NCBI GenBank assembly: GCA_046262615.1
Contig: JBHEML010000002.1
Location: 6,645 to 70,644, forward strand
From: Candidatus Limnocylindria bacterium
Lineage (GTDB): Bacteria > Chloroflexota > Limnocylindria > P2-11E
DNA length: 64,000 nucleotides
Reading direction: 5' to 3'
Every line of letters begins with the position of its first letter. The stretch's first letter is position 1. The position numbers were made by a program, and so were the translations under genes. Below the pieces are notes generated by a model. It searched no databases and was not told where the DNA came from. It saw nothing but the letters and a program-made list of their open reading frames with translations. Positions 60,092-64,000 of the stretch are shown in pieces.

Positions 60092-61455
60092 GCGCGGGCG
60101 GGCTGCCGCAGGAGATCGAGGAGCAGCTCTCCCGCGGGGCGGATGTCGCCCGCGCCGAGGATCGCGACGGCGTCCCCGGAATGCGCGATCGCGGCCACGA
60201 TCCGCGCGGCATCCGCGGGATCCGTCGCGTACCGGCCGCCGGCGAGCCGCGCGAGCGCGCGCGCGCCCTTCCCTCCGTCGCCCGATTCGCGGACGGAGGC
60301 GAAAGTCTCGGCCACCACGACCGCGTCGGCGGTGCGCAGCGCCGCGCCGAACTCGTCGAAGAACGCCGCGAGCCGGCTGGGCGTGTGTGGCTGGAAGACC
60401 GCGATGAGCCTTCCGGACGTACCCGTTCTGAGCGCGGAGAGCGACGCGCGGATCTCGGTCGGGTGATGGGCGTAGTCGTCGACTACGATCACCCCACTCG
60501 CGCGCCCGAGCGTCTCCAGCCGCCGGGAGGTCCCGGCGAAGCCGGCCAGTGCCTCGAGCGCCTGCTCTGCCGCGACGCCCCGGACGAGCGCGGCGACGCA
60601 CGCGGCGGCGGCGTTCAGGACGTTGTGCCTCCCGCGCAGCCGCACGCGCAGAGTGGCGTCGTGCGCTTCCCAGCGAAGCCTGCATCCCGCGCCGGCGCCG
60701 TCCTCTTCCACCTCGCTGAGCCGCGCATCGGCAGCGGGAGCGCTGCCGTAGGCGATCACGCGCACGGCCGGGAGCGCCTCGCGGGCCCAGGCCGCGAGCG
60801 CCGCGGCGCCCGGGTCGTCCGCGCACGCGACGAGCGTCCCGCCCGGGACGATCCGGCCCGCGAACTCCCGGAAAGCCGCCTCGAACTCCCCGAACGTGGG
60901 ATAGACATCCACGTGGTCGTGCTCGACGTTCGTCACGATGGCCAGCGCGGGCGACAGCGCATGGAAGGTGCGGTCGTACTCGTCGGCCTCGATGACGAGC
61001 TCGGCTCCTTCGCCGCTGTACGCGTTCGCGCCGAGGTAGCGCAGCTCCGCGCCGCAGAGCAGCGAGGGATCGCGTCCGCCGGCGCGGAGGGCCGTCCAAA
61101 CCAGGGCGGTGGTCGTCGTCTTTCCGTGCGTCCCAGCGATCGCGACTACGTCGCGCCCGCGCGCGAGGAATTGCCACGCCTCGTGGCGCCGCCAAACCGG
61201 AATGCCCCGCGCGAGCGCGGCGGCCACCTCGGGGTTTGTCTCGCCGTACGCGCTCGAGCGGATGACGACGTCAGCACCCCCGACGTGCGAGGCATCGAAG
61301 TCCCGGAACACCGTCACGCCGAGCGGGATCAGGGCGTCGGCGAGAGGCCACGCACCATCGTCGGAGCCGCTCACCGTCCCGTATGGGAGCAGGGACCGCG
61401 CGATCGCCGAGATCCCGGTGCCACCGACGCCGACGAGGTGGTGGTGCGGCCTCAC
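60088..61455 (-). CDS. murC: UDP-N-acetylmuramate--L-alanine ligase
   Basis: C-terminal 455 aa of the 557-aa ORF. HLVGVGGTGISAIA, AIAGTHGKTTTT, DDYAHHP. GTG overlaps the murG stop. Confidence 0.92.
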   Translation of the reverse strand: MRPHHHLVGVGGTGISAIARSLLPYGTVSGSDDGAWPLADALIPLGVTVFRDFDASHVGGADVVIRSSAYGETNPEVAAALARGIPVWRRHEAWQFLARGRDVVAIAGTHGKTTTTALVWTALRAGGRDPSLLCGAELRYLGANAYSGEGAELVIEADEYDRTFHALSPALAIVTNVEHDHVDVYPTFGEFEAAFREFAGRIVPGGTLVACADDPGAAALAAWAREALPAVRVIAYGSAPAADARLSEVEEDGAGAGCRLRWEAHDATLRVRLRGRHNVLNAAAACVAALVRGVAAEQALEALAGFAGTSRRLETLGRASGVIVVDDYAHHPTEIRASLSALRTGTSGRLIAVFQPHTPSRLAAFFDEFGAALRTADAVVVAETFASVRESGDGGKGARALARLAGGRYATDPADAARIVAAIAHSGDAVAILGAGDIRPAGELLLDLLRQPARA

Positions 61456-62585
61456 GCGACGCAGCCCGCGAGCGCGAGCACCTCGCGCGCGATGCCGCCG
61501 GCCGCGTCGGGCCGCCCGGCTTCGCGCGCCGCCTGCGCCATCGCCCCCAGCCGCTCCGGATCGTCGAGCAGTCCGTTCACGACCGCCACGAACCGGTCGC
61601 CGTCGAGCTCGCCCTCCCGCAACACGACCGCTGCGCCCAATTCGGCGACGGCCCGCGCGTTCGCATCCTGGTGCGCGTTCGCCGCCGCCCCGAATGGAAT
61701 GAGGATCATGGGCGCGCCGAAGGCAAGCGCCTCGGCGATCGACGACGAGCCCGCGCGGCACACCACGAGGTCCGCGGAGGCGAGCGCCGCGCCCATCTCA
61801 TCGCGGAGGTAGGCGCGGGGCACGTAGCGCGCGCGGTCGCCCTCCGCAAGCGCCGCGCGCTTCGCCGCGGCGCGCGCCAGGTGCGCGTCCCCGGTCACGT
61901 GGATGACGGCGGCGCGCCGGAGCAGTCGCGCGAGCGCGACGAAGGCCGCGTCGTTGACGCGCTGGGAACCCTGGCTGCCGCCGGTGATCAGGACCACCGC
62001 GCCGTCCGCGGGCAGGCCGAGCGCCGCGCGCCCATCGCGCTTCGTCCACCGCAGGAGCGATCGCCGTATCGGATTGCCCGCGACGCTCGTCCGGCCGCGC
62101 GGAAGCAGTGCGAGCGATCCCGCGAACGTCACTCCGACGTGCGAGGACCATCCCGCAAGGGTCCGGTTCACGCGCCCAGGCACGACGTTGCCCTCCCACA
62201 GGTAGACGGGCACCCGCGCCGCCCGGGCGGCGACGACCACCGGCACCGCGCCCATCCCGCCGCTGGTGACGCAGACGTGCGGGCGAAAACGGACGATCCG
62301 GCCCAGCGCGGAGGCCGCTGCGATCGGGACGAGGGCGAGGTGGCCGGCGAGGGCGACCCGCGAATCGGGATCGCGCAACGTCGGCAGAGGCGTGGCGTGG
62401 AACTCGAGGTGCGCGGAGCGCGCGAGGTCAGCTTCGAGTCCGCGACGCCCCCCGAGGAACAGGAACCGGACGTCGGGCCGGACCTCCCGCAGGGCGTCCG
62501 CCACCGCGAGGAGCGGGCTCACGTGGCCCGCGGTCCCGCCACCCGCCAGAAGGACGCGGCACGGGCGCCGCCGGCTGCCGGCCAA
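61452..62585 (-). CDS. murG: undecaprenyldiphospho-muramoylpentapeptide beta-N-acetylglucosaminyltransferase
   Basis: 377-aa ORF. N-terminal G-loop LLAGGGTAGHVSP, C-terminal RAGSSSIAE. TTG start at 62585. The first 158 nt overlap the ftsW 3-prime end. Confidence 0.9.
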   Translation of the reverse strand: MAGSRRRPCRVLLAGGGTAGHVSPLLAVADALREVRPDVRFLFLGGRRGLEADLARSAHLEFHATPLPTLRDPDSRVALAGHLALVPIAAASALGRIVRFRPHVCVTSGGMGAVPVVVAARAARVPVYLWEGNVVPGRVNRTLAGWSSHVGVTFAGSLALLPRGRTSVAGNPIRRSLLRWTKRDGRAALGLPADGAVVLITGGSQGSQRVNDAAFVALARLLRRAAVIHVTGDAHLARAAAKRAALAEGDRARYVPRAYLRDEMGAALASADLVVCRAGSSSIAEALAFGAPMILIPFGAAANAHQDANARAVAELGAAVVLREGELDGDRFVAVVNGLLDDPERLGAMAQAAREAGRPDAAGGIAREVLALAGCVA

Positions 62586-63669
62586 TGTTCAGCAGGATAC
62601 CGACGGCGAGCAGACCCACGCAGAGCGAGCTGCCTCCGTACGAGATGAACGGAAGGGTGATCCCGGTCATCGGCACGAGGCTCGCGACGACGGCCATGTT
62701 GACCCACGCCTGGAACGCCATCCAGGTGGTTATGCCCACCGCCATCAGCGAGCCGATGCGATCGGGCGCGCGGAGCGCGATGCGGATCCCGCGGAACGCG
62801 ACGATCAGGAACAGCAACTGGACCGCGAGCGTGCCCGCGAGCCCCAGCTCGTCGCCGAGCACGGCGAAGATGGAGTCCGTATACGGCGCCGGGAGGAAGC
62901 CGAACTTCTCGCGGCCCGCTCCGAGTCCCTCGCCGAATGGGCCACCCAGCGCGAGCCCGTACAGCGCCTGGATCGTCTGGAATCCCGCGCCGCGAGGATC
63001 GCTCCACGGGTCGAGGAAGGTGAGCAGCCGCTGGAGGCGGTACGGCTGCACGACGGCGAGGGACGCGAGCGCGACGGCAGCGAGCAGGCCGAGGGCTCCG
63101 AACTCGCGCAGTCGCGCGCCGGCCGCGAAGTAGACGGCCAGCGCGAGCGCGACGATCACGATCGCCGTCCCAAGGTCTGGCTCCGCGACGACGAGCCCGG
63201 CGACGAGCACGACGCACACGATGAACGGGACCGTCACGCTGACCCCGCGGATCCCCTTCGCCCGGGGGCCGAGCCAGAAGGACAGGTACAGCACGAGCGC
63301 CAGCTTCGCGAGTTCGGCGGGCTGCACGCCGACCACGGAGCTGAGCCGGAGCCAGCGCGACGCGCCGCCGATGCGCGTGCCCACGCCCGGGATCAGCACG
63401 AGGACGAGCATCACCACGACGACCCCGAGCAGCGGCACGGCGAGCGCGCGGTAGCGGTGATAGTCGACGCGCGCCGCGACGGTCATCGCAACGAGGCCGA
63501 GGGCGGCCCACAGCGACTGGACCATCAGGAAGTAGCGGGGATCGTCGTACGCATCCAGCGCGCGGATGCCGCTGGCGCTGAAGACCATGAGCAGGCCGAT
63601 CGCCAGCAGCGCCATCACGGCGAGGACGAGGGGAACGTCGTAGCGCATCGTCCGCGGGAGGACCTTCAC
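62428..63669 (-). CDS. ftsW: SEDS-family peptidoglycan polymerase FtsW
   Basis: 413-aa ORF. About 10 TM helices, PAELAKLAL, PDLGTA, LPFISYGGSS. About 50-aa Arg/Pro/Gly-rich tail encoded inside murG. GTG overlaps the murD stop. Confidence 0.9.
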   Translation of the reverse strand: MKVLPRTMRYDVPLVLAVMALLAIGLLMVFSASGIRALDAYDDPRYFLMVQSLWAALGLVAMTVAARVDYHRYRALAVPLLGVVVVMLVLVLIPGVGTRIGGASRWLRLSSVVGVQPAELAKLALVLYLSFWLGPRAKGIRGVSVTVPFIVCVVLVAGLVVAEPDLGTAIVIVALALAVYFAAGARLREFGALGLLAAVALASLAVVQPYRLQRLLTFLDPWSDPRGAGFQTIQALYGLALGGPFGEGLGAGREKFGFLPAPYTDSIFAVLGDELGLAGTLAVQLLFLIVAFRGIRIALRAPDRIGSLMAVGITTWMAFQAWVNMAVVASLVPMTGITLPFISYGGSSLCVGLLAVGILLNIGRQPAAPVPRPSGGWRDRGPREPAPRGGGRPAGGPARRPVPVPRGASRTRS

Positions 63670-64000
63670 CCGGCGAACTCTCTCACGAGCGAGTGGAATT
63701 GGTCACCCCTTTCCTCGTATGACGCGAACATGTCGAACGACGCGCACGCCGGCGAGAGCAGCACGACGTCGCCTGGCCGGGCCATCGCTCTCGCACACGC
63801 GACGGCGTCGCGCAGCGTCTCGGCCCGTTCCACCAGGATCCTCCGGCCATCGTCCTCCGCGCGGGCGATCGCATCCGCGATCTCGTCGGCGGAGCTGCCG
63901 ATCAGCACGGCGCCCCGCGCGCGCGAGAGGAGCGCGCGCGCGAGGACCCCGAAGTCGGTGCCCTTCCCCACCCCTCCGAGGATCGCGACCGCCGGGCGGT
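63666..64000 (-). CDS. murD: UDP-N-acetylmuramoylalanine--D-glutamate ligase, C-terminal part (runs off the right edge)
   Basis: C-terminal sequence ...VLLSPACASFDMFASYEERGDQFHSLV is the conserved MurD end. Position upstream of ftsW. Confidence 0.88.
   Translation of the reverse strand, partial: RPAVAILGGVGKGTDFGVLARALLSRARGAVLIGSSADEIADAIARAEDDGRRILVERAETLRDAVACARAMARPGDVVLLSPACASFDMFASYEERGDQFHSLVREFAG

Overview
Very GC-rich bacterial chromosome segment (GC not computed), almost entirely housekeeping genes and mostly on the minus strand. Many gene junctions are 1-8 nt stop/start overlaps. From left to right it contains:
- rpsB-tsf-pyrH-frr
- an exonuclease-DinG helicase and glutamate dehydrogenase
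- a catalytically dead-looking ATP-dependent ligase-like gene
- an SPFH/NfeD pair
- aroA facing a 10-gene aromatic supraoperon (trpEGDCBA-aroH-aroF-tyrA) that sits behind a Trp-specific T-box leader
- thpR (frameshifted), ftsH and tilS, with two CAU tRNAs
- a long translationally coupled block: ftsB-like, beta-lactamase-like, pfkB, hydrolase, ychF, murI, receiver-ParA fusion, DUF1461, dipeptide epimerase, DUF1611, methyltransferase, M20 peptidase
- rmuC and a UvrD-type helicase-nuclease
- pepA-selB-ridA-selA and a lipid kinase
- tRNA-Val with a small plus-strand islet of uncharacterised genes
- yggT-dcd-nrdR, then the dcw cluster (ftsZ, ftsA, sbp, ftsQ, ddl, murB, murC, murG, ftsW, murD)

I saw no CRISPR array, transposase, integrase or rRNA.

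I did not find one clear novel multi-gene system. The most notable signals are:
- four GAAC-N4-GTTC (Cheo/LexA-type) boxes, two of them in a consensus-like orphan promoter beside the pseudo-ligase, the others upstream of rmuC and the helicase-nuclease
- the Trp T-box gating common and Tyr-branch aromatic enzymes
- a CAU tRNA ending 3 nt before tilS
- tilS and ftsH in the same frame, separated by a single TAG
- start-codon anomalies in ftsH and murI
- a 158-nt out-of-frame ftsW/murG overlap
- a 37-bp tandem repeat in the long ftsA-ftsZ spacer

The T-box, the Cheo-type boxes and DUF1290 in the dcw cluster suggest a Terrabacteria lineage (Chloroflexota- or Actinomycetota-like). This is inference only.
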